In this document: piece after piece, positions 48,844 through 57,608 of the stretch | Position numbering within the stretch: the stretch's first letter is position 1 | How the letters are laid out: the number at the start of each line of letters is the position of its first letter | Source of the DNA: Candidatus Hydrogenedentota bacterium | GTDB taxonomy: Bacteria > Hydrogenedentota > Hydrogenedentia > Hydrogenedentales > SLHB01 | Assembly: GCA_963674865.2 (NCBI GenBank) | Contig: CAXXYE010000008.1 | Coordinates: forward strand, 544,001-608,000 | Direction of reading: 5' to 3' | Length of the DNA: 64,000 nucleotides | The notes under the pieces: model-generated | Told to the model about the DNA's origin: nothing | Databases searched by the model: none | The model's input: only the letters and a program-made list of their open reading frames with translations | Translations under genes and position numbers: made by a program

Positions 48844-50957
48844 CAAAACCCGTGTCCGACAACGAAAACACGCACGAGACCGCGGAACAGGAACAGCTCG
48901 GGAGCGAGTTCGCCGTCGCCGCGGCGGACGACACTCTCGAACGGGGGCCTTACCTCGACGGGTTCTCGGCGCGGACGGTGGTCGGCGCCCTCTTCGTGGC
49001 GGTGGTCATGATGCCGGGGTCGGTGTACCTGGGCCTGGTGGCCGGCCAGTCGCTCGGCCCGGCGGCGGAGTGGGTGACTATCATCCTGTTCGCCGAACTG
49101 GCCCGGCGGAGCTTCACGCATCTCCGCCGCCAAGAGGTGTTTGTCCTCTTCTACGTCGCGTCGTCCGTGGCGGCAGTTCAACTGGCCCACCTGGCCCTGT
49201 CGGGCGGGCCCATCGCCCTGAGCATCTGGAACCAGTACCTGCTCCAATCGCCCCAGACGGCCGGGATCGCCGAGCAGATACCGCATTGGGTCGTGCCGCC
49301 CGCCGACTCGCCCGGCATTCTCGACCGCAATATCATGGACAAGGCCTGGTGGTGGTCGGATACCGCCGGCTTCCTCTCGCCCATTCTACTCATCGCCCTA
49401 GGTTACTTGCTGGGGCGCATGGCGTGGTTCGGCCTTGGCTACCTCATCTTCCGCGCCACCTCCGACGCCGAGCGGCTGCCTTTCCCCCTCGCTCCCATCG
49501 CGGCGCAAGGCGCAACGGCCCTGGCGGAGTCCACCGAACGCGAGGAGGGCGGGCAAGTCGCCAAACGGTCGTGGCGCTGGAATGTGTTCAGCATCGGGGC
49601 GACCTTCGGCATCGTGTTCGGCGGCCTCTACGTCCTGGTGCCGGTGCTCACCGGCCTGTTCATGAGCAAACCTATCATGCTCTTCCCGATCCCCTTCGCC
49701 GATTTCACGCAGAACGTGGAAAACATCTTGCCTGCGAGCCTCGTCTCCATCAGTTTCGACGCCGTCATCATCCTGACGGGCATGATCCTGCCGTTTCGGC
49801 TCATCCTGGGCATGTTCGCCGCCGTTATCGCCACGAGCGTGATCGGGAATCCGATCCTGGTGCGGTTGGGCGTCTTCGAGCACTGGACCCCCGGCAACGG
49901 CCTGCTCGTCAACCAGATGATCCTCAGTTTCGACTTCTGGATGAGCGTGTCGGTGGGCATGGCCATCGCCGTGGCCCTGGTTGGCTTCCGGCAGGTGTTC
50001 AAGACGCTGTGGCGCAAGTACCGGGCGGGGCGAGACTCGAGCGAGCCGACTCCCGAACGCGACCCCGGGCACGATGATCCGAACGAGCCGCCCTACCGCC
50101 GCCCGAGCAAGGAGCGCGGCGATATCCCGACGTGGAGCGCGGTCGCCCTGTTCATCGCCGCGACGGCGGGCTTCACGTGGATCTCCCACATCCTCGTGCC
50201 GGGATTTCCCTTGTGGATCTTCCTGATCTTCGGATTCATCTGGTCGCCCCTGCACTCGTATATCTCGGCGCGGCTCATCGGACTGACGGGCCGGGGCCTC
50301 GTAACGCCCTTCCTGAAGGAGACGGTGTTCATCACCAGCGGCTACAAGAATGTGGACATCTGGTTCGCGCCGATACCTTTGTTCGACTTCGGCCCCGTGG
50401 CCCAGAAGTTCCGCGAACTCGAACTGACGCGCACGAAGTTTACCTCCCTCGTCAAGGCCGAGCTGGTGATGTTCCCCATCATCTTCTTGTGCAGCCTGGC
50501 GTTCTGGTGGTTTTTCTGGCACATGAACCAGATCCCCTCGGATCGGTTTCCCTTCGCGGCGCGCACCTGGCCCGTGGCGGCGCGGCAGGCCTATCTCATC
50601 TTCACGGCGAACAGCTCGGAGAACGCCCTGCTGCTGAACGCGCTGAAGCCGCCCGTCATCGGCGGCGCGCTCGGCGTCGGCCTGGTGCTGTACGCCTGCC
50701 TGAGCTTCCTGAAGCTCCCCGTGATCTTCTTCTATGGTATCGTGGGCGGCATCGGCCAGCCGCTTCACGTGGGCCTGGGCCTGCTGGTCGGGGCGCTGTT
50801 GAGCCGGTATTACTTCGCGCGGAAATTCGGCAAGGAGCGCTGGAACCGATACATCCCCGTCGTGGCGGCGGGCTTTTCCTGCGGTATGGGACTCGCGGGC
50901 ATGACGGCCGTCGGCCTGGCTCTCATCGCCCAGTGCACGCGCCAGTTGCCGTTTTGA
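48840..50957 (+). CDS. OPT-superfamily-like putative peptide transporter
   Basis: GTGA start/stop overlap with the upstream gene; YLGLVAGQSLGPAAEWVT, DAERLPFPLAPIAAQG and FRELELTRTKF motifs; many TM. Confidence 0.8.
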   Translation: MTKPVSDNENTHETAEQEQLGSEFAVAAADDTLERGPYLDGFSARTVVGALFVAVVMMPGSVYLGLVAGQSLGPAAEWVTIILFAELARRSFTHLRRQEVFVLFYVASSVAAVQLAHLALSGGPIALSIWNQYLLQSPQTAGIAEQIPHWVVPPADSPGILDRNIMDKAWWWSDTAGFLSPILLIALGYLLGRMAWFGLGYLIFRATSDAERLPFPLAPIAAQGATALAESTEREEGGQVAKRSWRWNVFSIGATFGIVFGGLYVLVPVLTGLFMSKPIMLFPIPFADFTQNVENILPASLVSISFDAVIILTGMILPFRLILGMFAAVIATSVIGNPILVRLGVFEHWTPGNGLLVNQMILSFDFWMSVSVGMAIAVALVGFRQVFKTLWRKYRAGRDSSEPTPERDPGHDDPNEPPYRRPSKERGDIPTWSAVALFIAATAGFTWISHILVPGFPLWIFLIFGFIWSPLHSYISARLIGLTGRGLVTPFLKETVFITSGYKNVDIWFAPIPLFDFGPVAQKFRELELTRTKFTSLVKAELVMFPIIFLCSLAFWWFFWHMNQIPSDRFPFAARTWPVAARQAYLIFTANSSENALLLNALKPPVIGGALGVGLVLYACLSFLKLPVIFFYGIVGGIGQPLHVGLGLLVGALLSRYYFARKFGKERWNRYIPVVAAGFSCGMGLAGMTAVGLALIAQCTRQLPF

Positions 50958-51122
50958 TGCATGTTAGGAGTGCGGCCAGAAAGCCGCCGAATGACAGGAG
51001 CTGAGAATTGTGGCCATTGACAAGAGAGGATTTGGAAGTGCTTTTTGGCCGCATCCCACCAGGCGCCGCGCTTTCAGGTCGGACTTCCAGGATCGTGACT
51101 CATGAAAGAGAAACGAAAAACA

Positions 51123-51173
51123 GGGACTGACACAAGCGGAGCGAAGCGAAGACGTGTCTGTCCCTGCTTTTCG
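51123..51173 (-). repeat. 51-bp palindromic REP-like element, copy 2 (inverted)
   Basis: Reverse complement identical to 44040-44090. Confidence 0.9.
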
Positions 51174-51198
51174 ATAGCAGCGTCTCTGGAGAAGCAGG

Positions 51199-51888
51199 AT
51201 GGGTGACGAACAACAACATGAGGCTCTCACAGCGGCGACTCAGCAAGTCGTGCTGCCTTGGCGGCGCTCTTTGGAGATGTGCTGGCTCAGCCTGAAGAAC
51301 CGGCGCGGGCGCATCCTCCTCGTGTTCCTGGGCATCGCCGTGGTGACGGCCTTTCTCGTCGACATGTTGGCCTATCACCGCATCCTCGCGGATCTGCGCC
51401 GGACGGACGATGTCCACACGCGCGCCGTGCTCGAGCGGGCGGGGGTGCTGTCGAACAATCCCGAGGCGAGCACGCGCAACCGCGATCAGATGGCCTGGCT
51501 CCTCGGCTTGTCCGCCCTGCTCTGCCTGGTGGGCGTCACGAACACGATGTTCATGAGCGTCAACGAGCGTTTCCGCGAGATAGGGACGCTCAAGTGCCTG
51601 GGGGCTTTGGACAGCTTCATCGTGCGGCTGTTCATGATCGAAAGCCTCTTCATAGGCATGGTAGGCAGTTCGATAGGCGCCGTGCTGGGCTTCCTGCTGG
51701 CCTTGCTGCAATTGGGCATGGCCCTCGAATTCGGCGTGTTGCAGGGCGGGGCTCTGCTCAGGGCGCTGGTGTTGGCGGTGCCGTCGGCGGTAGCGGCCGG
51801 CACATTCCTGACGGTGGTCGCGGCGATTTACCCGGCCCGCGTAGGGGCACGTATGAAACCTGTGGACGCGATGCGCGTGGAGGTGTGA
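51199..51888 (+). CDS. small FtsX-like ABC permease
   Basis: SLKNRRGR, NTMFMSVNERFREIGTLKCLGA and IYPARVGARMKPVDAMR motifs. Confidence 0.9.
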   Translation: MGDEQQHEALTAATQQVVLPWRRSLEMCWLSLKNRRGRILLVFLGIAVVTAFLVDMLAYHRILADLRRTDDVHTRAVLERAGVLSNNPEASTRNRDQMAWLLGLSALLCLVGVTNTMFMSVNERFREIGTLKCLGALDSFIVRLFMIESLFIGMVGSSIGAVLGFLLALLQLGMALEFGVLQGGALLRALVLAVPSAVAAGTFLTVVAAIYPARVGARMKPVDAMRVEV

Positions 51889-51893
51889 GTCAG

Positions 51894-52634
51894 ATGCTGA
51901 AGAGGGAAACGGTACACACCGAGGACCTGCACAAGGTCTATTACATGGGCGCCGAGGAGGTGCGCGCCCTGAACGGCGTCACGGTGACGATCTACGCCGG
52001 CGAGTACGTCAGCATCATGGGCCCGTCCGGTTCCGGGAAGAGCACCTTCTTCAACATGATCGGCGGCCTGGACAAGCCCACCTCCGGCGAGGTCTATATC
52101 GACGAAGTGGACATCTCCCAGCTCGGTATCTACGAACTCGCCTGGCTCCGCTGCCGCAAGATCGGCTACATCTTCCAGACCTTCAACCTCATCCCCGTCA
52201 TGACGGCCAGCGAGAACGTCTCCTTGCCCATGATCTTCGCCGGACTCGGCGCCGACGAGGCCCGCGATAAGGCCGCCGACCTCCTTGCCCGCGTCGGCCT
52301 TGGCGATCGCCTGATGCACCAGCCCAACGAACTCTCCGGCGGGCAACAGCAACGCGTCGCCATCGCGCGCGCCATGGCCAACGACCCCGCCATCATCCTG
52401 GCCGACGAGCCGACGGGCAACCTAGACCTGCGCACCGGCCGCGAGATCATCGAGATCCTCACCGAACTCAAGGAACAGCGCGGCGTCACCATCATCACCG
52501 CCACCCACGACCACAAAATGCTCGCCGCCAGCGACCGCGTTATCTGGGTCGCCGACGGCCAGATCGCCCGCATCCAGGCCCGCGATGAACTCGACATCAA
52601 AGTCGGCACTATCGGCGGGGAAGAGGAGACGTAG
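51894..52634 (+). CDS. ABC transporter ATP-binding protein (LolD/MacB type)
   Basis: GPSGSGKST, LSGGQQQRVAIARA, ILADEPTGNLD and ATHD motifs; GGAGGTG RBS. Confidence 0.95.
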   Translation: MLKRETVHTEDLHKVYYMGAEEVRALNGVTVTIYAGEYVSIMGPSGSGKSTFFNMIGGLDKPTSGEVYIDEVDISQLGIYELAWLRCRKIGYIFQTFNLIPVMTASENVSLPMIFAGLGADEARDKAADLLARVGLGDRLMHQPNELSGGQQQRVAIARAMANDPAIILADEPTGNLDLRTGREIIEILTELKEQRGVTIITATHDHKMLAASDRVIWVADGQIARIQARDELDIKVGTIGGEEET

Positions 52635-52717
52635 CGGCAGGTAGGCGCTATCTAGGGATTACGTTGCCCCGGCCCCGTTTCATTTGCGGTCTTGGCTGAA
52701 TCCATGAGGGACGTTGT

Positions 52718-53659
52718 ATGCGCATCGGACTGGACACCTTTTCGTTTCAGCTTCAACTGGCGGCAGGAAACTACGACGTCTTTCATATGCTGGATGCCGT
52801 GCAGCGCCTTGGCATAGCAGCCGTGCAGATTAACATTAACGGTCCTCGTGGGCGATTTCTGGGCGGTGAACCTTCCGACACTACCCATGTGCGAAAGGTC
52901 AGACGAGCCGCGGAGGGCAGGGAGATCGCGCTCGAAGTCGCCGGGGGCGGCACGGCGCCGAAGAAGCTCGATTGGCAACTGCGTTTGTCCCATGAATTGG
53001 GCGCCAAGGTATTCCGGACGACCCTTGCTTTCGACACCAGCCTCGACGTGACATTCGCCGAACGCCGCCGCGATCTGTTGGCCAGTTTGCCTTTGGCGCG
53101 GGAACTTGGCGTATGCATCGCGCTGGAAAACCACGAAGATATCACCGCCCGTGAGTTGTTGGCCTTTGTCACCGAGATCGATGAACCGAGTCTCCGGATA
53201 TGCCTTGACACCGGCAATGATCTATCCCTGTACGAAGACCCTTTGGTTGGCGCCGGATTGTTGGCTCCTTTGGCCTGCACCACACATATCAAAGATCAGA
53301 AATTGATCCGCGTAGGTGGAGAGGTCTATAGCGTCGGTGTTCCCCTTGGCACAGGCGATGTGGATTTGCCGGCCATCGTGTCCGTCCTGGAGCGCCAGAG
53401 CACCTTGGGGCGCATCATGATTCAAGACACCACCGGGTATGCCTCGCCGCTTAATCCCTTCAACCGGCCGGATGTCGTCCCTCGTGAATCCTATGACGGT
53501 GTGCCGGCCTATGGCTCGAAAGAAGAGGCCTATGAAGACGGGTTTCTGCTCGACGTGAAGACGCTTCCCCCCGCGAAGGTGAGCGAACAGGCTGCGATGC
53601 AAGATCTGCGTATCCAACAGGACATTGCTTACGTACAGGGGCTGTGTAATTCGGGATGA
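52718..53659 (+). CDS. sugar phosphate isomerase/epimerase (AP endonuclease 2 TIM barrel)
   Basis: IALENHED, ICLDTGN, THIKD and LGTGDVD motifs. Confidence 0.88.
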   Translation: MRIGLDTFSFQLQLAAGNYDVFHMLDAVQRLGIAAVQININGPRGRFLGGEPSDTTHVRKVRRAAEGREIALEVAGGGTAPKKLDWQLRLSHELGAKVFRTTLAFDTSLDVTFAERRRDLLASLPLARELGVCIALENHEDITARELLAFVTEIDEPSLRICLDTGNDLSLYEDPLVGAGLLAPLACTTHIKDQKLIRVGGEVYSVGVPLGTGDVDLPAIVSVLERQSTLGRIMIQDTTGYASPLNPFNRPDVVPRESYDGVPAYGSKEEAYEDGFLLDVKTLPPAKVSEQAAMQDLRIQQDIAYVQGLCNSG

Positions 53660-53662
53660 CTC

Positions 53663-53733
53663 CGCCCGTATCCAGGCCCGCGATGGACTCGCTATCAAAG
53701 TCGGGGCCATCGGCGGGGAAGAAGAGACGTAGC
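53663..53733 (+). repeat. direct repeat of the ABC ATPase 3' end (52565-52635), copy 2
   Basis: 63/71 nt identical without gaps; reads RIQARDGLAIKVGAIGGEEET* vs RIQARDELDIKVGTIGGEEET*. Confidence 0.92.
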
Positions 53734-53849
53734 TGGCGACCTCCCCCGGGATAAGCGTCTGCCTGGAACAGGTATTGTGTCCCCTTGGTTCCCCGGCGTT
53801 TGCGCTACGAGGTCGTGAGTTCGTAGTACAAGAGCAACAAAAGAATGCT

Positions 53850-54296
53850 TTAGGACGGAGATTCACAGAGCTTCGCGAGGCTCGCGAGATTCCGCTTCAA
53901 CTCCGCCACATACGACTTGCGCAGCGATCGTCCGGCGACCAGACTAATCCACCGTAATAGGCCCAGGTATTGGAAGCGTGCCACTTGCGTGAGTTCGGTG
54001 CGGCCATCCAAGTCGCTCAAGATGTAATCGACCTCGACCTTGAACCGATCGCCTGCCAGCTTTAGGCCGAGCTGCGAATGTGGCGAATACGTTGTGATAC
54101 GGCCTGTCAGTTCCGTCAGATATCCTTTGTCGTCCCAGACTTGGCGTACGCGCGTGCCAACCTTGTCGTCGGTCTCGTCCAGACGTTCGTATTCCGCCAG
54201 ATGGGCCAGCCACTGCATGACGCACTCCGGTTCATCAATCCAGCGGAAGACGCGCTCTATCGGCGCCGCAATCTCTACCGTGTATTCAGCTCGCAT
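53850..54296 (-). CDS. SRPBCC family protein
   Basis: VEIAAPIERVFRWIDEPECVMQW...LASLAKLCES; ATG 54296. Confidence 0.85.
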   Translation of the reverse strand: MRAEYTVEIAAPIERVFRWIDEPECVMQWLAHLAEYERLDETDDKVGTRVRQVWDDKGYLTELTGRITTYSPHSQLGLKLAGDRFKVEVDYILSDLDGRTELTQVARFQYLGLLRWISLVAGRSLRKSYVAELKRNLASLAKLCESPS

Positions 54297-54338
54297 GCCA
54301 CCATCCCCCCAAACGCCTACTGCACGGGCTTTTAATCG

Positions 54339-54367
54339 ATTGTATCTCTCCTTCCGGGTGCAATCAA
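54339..54367 (-). promoter_or_regulatory. sigma70-type promoter for the SRPBCC gene
   Basis: TTGATT-N17-TACAAT on the minus strand. Confidence 0.65.
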
Positions 54368-54429
54368 CCGGTTTTTGAGTCCGGTGGCCGAGTTGCCCTC
54401 GGCCCCGATTGGCTGAAGAGGGAAGGGGT

Positions 54430-54518
54430 TTTCTGCGCACCTTTGCGTCCTTCGCGTCTTTGCGTTAGGGAGTTCTAAACGCAGAGTCGCCGAGCACGCC
54501 GAGCAACGCTGAGAGAAA
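54430..54518. repeat. imperfect inverted repeat built from ~9-nt units
   Basis: CTTTGCGTC-CTTCGCGTC-TTTGCGTT facing AACGCAGAG-TCGCCGAG-CACGCCGAG. Confidence 0.5.
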
Positions 54519-54575
54519 AGCCGGGGGAATTGAGGAGACGCTATGCTCAGTTCCGCCCCTTAATTTCTTCTCAGT

Positions 54576-56678
54576 TCATTGTGCCTTGCCGGAGCCTTCC
54601 ATGATCCACGCCAGGTTGAACGCGTAGTGCTGATAGCTGCTGATCACGTGGATGACCCCGTCATAGCCCTGGCATCCGGCGAGATAACCTCTCGGCTCGG
54701 CGGACACGTCGCTGAGCGTGAAGGGGCGGTTGTCCGACGTGCCGGATTCCCGCGGCGGGCCGCCCGGTGTGACAAGGCGCATCACGGGCCAGGTCTCGGC
54801 CTCGTCGAAGCTCAGCGCAACGAACATCCCCGAGCACACGTTTGTTCGGGCGGACCCGTCAATCATCTCGACCTCTTCCGCGAACGAGACGAGCATGATG
54901 GGGCCTTCTTCGAGCCGGAGCAGTACGAGGCGCTGCCCGCCGCCGACCGGTTGGAAAGGACTTGGGGCGTAGGTCCACGTTCGGCCTTGATCCGCTGAAT
55001 AGCTTGCGGGCATTTGGTCGTCGATGTCGTTGCCGCGTCCGAGGCCGAAGAGCCGGCCGTCCCTCAGCTCGACCACGCCTCCATGGATGCCTCGGATGAC
55101 GCCGCCTGAATCAGCCCAGCTCGCACCGTTGTCGCGGCTGGTGAGTAGCGAGGTGCCGCCAACGGCGTTGGCATCGCAGGCGACCATAAGCGCGCCGTCG
55201 CGCGTGCGTATGACGGGCTCGGACATCTGGTGGCGCAGGCCGTGCTCCGGGTCGATGAGCCGGGCTTTCGACCATGTCGCGCCGCTGTCGGCCGACGCGC
55301 GCATGACCGCGGCCAGGTTGCCCCATGTGGCTGCCGCGGACAGCCCCACGAATTGGTAGAGGATACCGGCCTCCTTGTCCACCCACAAGGAAGGCGCATG
55401 CAGATTGCGGTCGGGCGCAAGCCAGAAGAGCGAGGCCGGGGCCCATTCCTCCTGACCTCGCCGCAACCGGCCTGCCGCGAGGCACAGTTCGCGGCCGCGC
55501 TCGCGGTTGGTCGTGTACCAAATGGCAAGCAAATCGCCGTTGGGACAAGGCGCGATGCCCGGGTCGTGGTTGTGGTCAATGAAGAGGGGCCCGTGTGCAT
55601 CTTCATCAATTTTCACAAAGATTCGTGGACCTTTGAAGTACGGTTCCGCGGGGTCGGGACCTTCCGTGAGGTCCGGGGGGCTGACGGCGCTCACGTTCCG
55701 TTGATTCGCGGGCGGTTCAGCCGGCGGCAAAGGCGCGGTGTCGGGCATGGGGCCAATCACCACGCGGAATCCGATGAGCCAGGAGCGGTCCTCGGGCAGC
55801 GTGCCCATGCGGTTGGCCGAACGAAGGTAGTAGCGCTCCGTCGAGTGGCTGCCGCCGCGTGTGACACGGAAGTCCCCGTGGGCGCGTCCAACCGGATCTG
55901 TTTGTCCACCCCCGGCGTAGGGGCCATACCAGTCCAGGCACCACTCCTCGACGTTTCCGTGCATATCGCAGAGGCCCCAGCCGTTGGGCGGCGTCTGTCC
56001 CACCGTCAGCAGCACGATATCGTCCTTATACCGGCGCTCGGGATAGCGGGACCTCTCCGTGATGCGCGCGGGGTCCGGGTCGGGGTACCAGGATTCAAAC
56101 ACATTCTTGTCAAAGACCTCTGGAAGCGCATCGCCGGTGTAGAAAGCGCTGTCCGTGCCGGCCCGGCAGGCGTATTCCCACTCGGCCTCGGTGGGGAGAC
56201 GGTAGGGCAGGCCTTCCTTCTCGGCGAGCCATTTGCAGAAGGCCTCGGCGTCGTGCCATGAGATGAAGACGGCGGCCTCGTCGTCCATGCAGGAAAAGCC
56301 GAGTTTCCCGCGGAACGCACCATGGGTGAAGTCGAACGCCTCGAATTGCTCGTTGGTGACCTCCGTCACCGCCACATAGAACGGCTGCGTGATCGTAACT
56401 TCGTGGGCGGGATGCTCGTCGAAATCACCGTGAAGGCGGTGCGCGAGAGGGCCCTTATTCTCATTGACCATGCTGATGGTCAGCGCATCGGGCAGCACGC
56501 GGTCCTCGGGCGTGCCCATCACGAACGTCCCCGGCTCGACGCGCACGAATCGCATCCCAATGGAATTGGTGAACTCGCTTTGCGCCAGGTCCTCCCAGGC
56601 CTCGCCACTGGCCGCGAAAGCGAGCAACGCCGACAGGAGTGAGATCATGAGTGCTGCGATGCATGAAGGGATTCCCAT
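54576..56678 (-). CDS. secreted FGE-sulfatase (SUMF1) domain plus BNR/sialidase-like propeller protein
   Basis: YRLPTEAEWEYACRAG, GLCDMHGNVEEW and RVTRGGS motifs; Asp boxes SADSGATWS, SRDNGASW, SADQGRTW, SFDEAETW; AGGAGG RBS. Confidence 0.88.
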   Translation of the reverse strand: MGIPSCIAALMISLLSALLAFAASGEAWEDLAQSEFTNSIGMRFVRVEPGTFVMGTPEDRVLPDALTISMVNENKGPLAHRLHGDFDEHPAHEVTITQPFYVAVTEVTNEQFEAFDFTHGAFRGKLGFSCMDDEAAVFISWHDAEAFCKWLAEKEGLPYRLPTEAEWEYACRAGTDSAFYTGDALPEVFDKNVFESWYPDPDPARITERSRYPERRYKDDIVLLTVGQTPPNGWGLCDMHGNVEEWCLDWYGPYAGGGQTDPVGRAHGDFRVTRGGSHSTERYYLRSANRMGTLPEDRSWLIGFRVVIGPMPDTAPLPPAEPPANQRNVSAVSPPDLTEGPDPAEPYFKGPRIFVKIDEDAHGPLFIDHNHDPGIAPCPNGDLLAIWYTTNRERGRELCLAAGRLRRGQEEWAPASLFWLAPDRNLHAPSLWVDKEAGILYQFVGLSAAATWGNLAAVMRASADSGATWSKARLIDPEHGLRHQMSEPVIRTRDGALMVACDANAVGGTSLLTSRDNGASWADSGGVIRGIHGGVVELRDGRLFGLGRGNDIDDQMPASYSADQGRTWTYAPSPFQPVGGGQRLVLLRLEEGPIMLVSFAEEVEMIDGSARTNVCSGMFVALSFDEAETWPVMRLVTPGGPPRESGTSDNRPFTLSDVSAEPRGYLAGCQGYDGVIHVISSYQHYAFNLAWIMEGSGKAQ

Positions 56679-57001
56679 TGTACGCCTCCTTGGGATTGGC
56701 CGGGCACCGAAGACTGGACGCACCCATACGGTATCTTTATCGAAACACGGCAGCAGTCGCCGCCCGCTATTCCTTCGAATCCTACTCCCAGTTTCGCGTC
56801 CTTTCAACGGCGTGCGCCCCCGCGGCGCGGCGGGCCGAGCGAGGGATGACCCGGACATAACCGTTTACTACGTCCCCTCAGCTCCCTTGAATTCCACAGG
56901 CACGGTGGATGAAAGGGCCGAGGTGCGCATAGAGGCCGAAGGGGTGGGAGTGTATGCGCGGGGAAGGTCTCCCGCGCGCCCATGAACTCATGGAGGTGTT
57001 T

Positions 57002-57181
57002 ATGTTGAGTACCAGGACGGCTGTGGAGCCCGTTGTGAGCGTGGCGAGGAAACATCATCAGAGGAGCGCCGACGCCGGCCGCGTGTGCGCGGCGGCGGGT
57101 CGGCGAACGTGTGTCCTACACGACGGAGCACCGCATGAAGCGTTTCAACGATTCAGGATCCCGAAGGGGACCTTCTATTGA
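57002..57181 (+). CDS. putative leader peptide/uORF (59 aa) overlapping the RNHCP gene start
   Basis: Strong GGAGGTG RBS before ATG 57002; MLSTRTAVEPVVSVARKHHQRSADAGRVC... Confidence 0.45.
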   Translation: MLSTRTAVEPVVSVARKHHQRSADAGRVCAAAGRRTCVLHDGAPHEAFQRFRIPKGTFY

Positions 57182-57509
57182 CCCGTTTATCTGTAAACAT
57201 TGTGGCCTCAGCGTGCCGGGCGCGGCGCCTGGTACGAAGCATCGCAACCACTGCCCGGGCTGCCTCCACGGACTTCACCTGGACATCAAGCCCGGCGACC
57301 GCCTATCGCCGTGTCACGGCCTCATGGAGCCTATCGGCATCTCCGTGCGCAAGAACGGCGAATGGGCGCTCGTGCACCGTTGCCGAAGTTGCGGCGTAGT
57401 GCGCACCAACCGCATCGCGGGCGATGACAGCGAATGGCTCCTGCTGTCGCTTGCGGTGCGGCCGTTGGCGCAGCCGCCGTTCCCGCTGGATCGATTGGGC
57501 GTTCGATAG
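57135..57509 (+). CDS. RNHCP-domain zinc-binding protein
   Basis: FICKHCG, HRNHCPGCL, PGDR, CHGLMEPI, HRCRSCG and NRIAGDD motifs; GGAG RBS. Confidence 0.92.
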   Translation: MKRFNDSGSRRGPSIDPFICKHCGLSVPGAAPGTKHRNHCPGCLHGLHLDIKPGDRLSPCHGLMEPIGISVRKNGEWALVHRCRSCGVVRTNRIAGDDSEWLLLSLAVRPLAQPPFPLDRLGVR

Positions 57510-57547
57510 AAGACGGCGCAGAAGGCCTCGACGTGAGGAATAGTCAA

Positions 57548-57600
57548 GGGGGCACAGTACTCAGTCCCACCCCTGATTCCAGATTGAGTATTGTGCCCCT
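57548..57600. repeat. intergenic hairpin between convergent genes (REP-like or terminator)
   Basis: GGGGCACAGTACTCA ... TGAGTATTGTGCCCC inverted repeat. Confidence 0.55.
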
Positions 57601-57608
57601 CAGTTCAC

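Noticed and set aside
50968..51058. Inverted repeat TGCGGCCAGAAAGC / GCTTTTTGGCCGCA as a MITE or IS remnant
   Set aside because: It is a single short imperfect pair with no target duplication or second copy in the window.
51258..51893. N-terminal extension of the ABC ATPase (458-aa ORF call)
   Set aside because: It overlaps the FtsX gene out of frame; the real start with RBS is ATG 51894.
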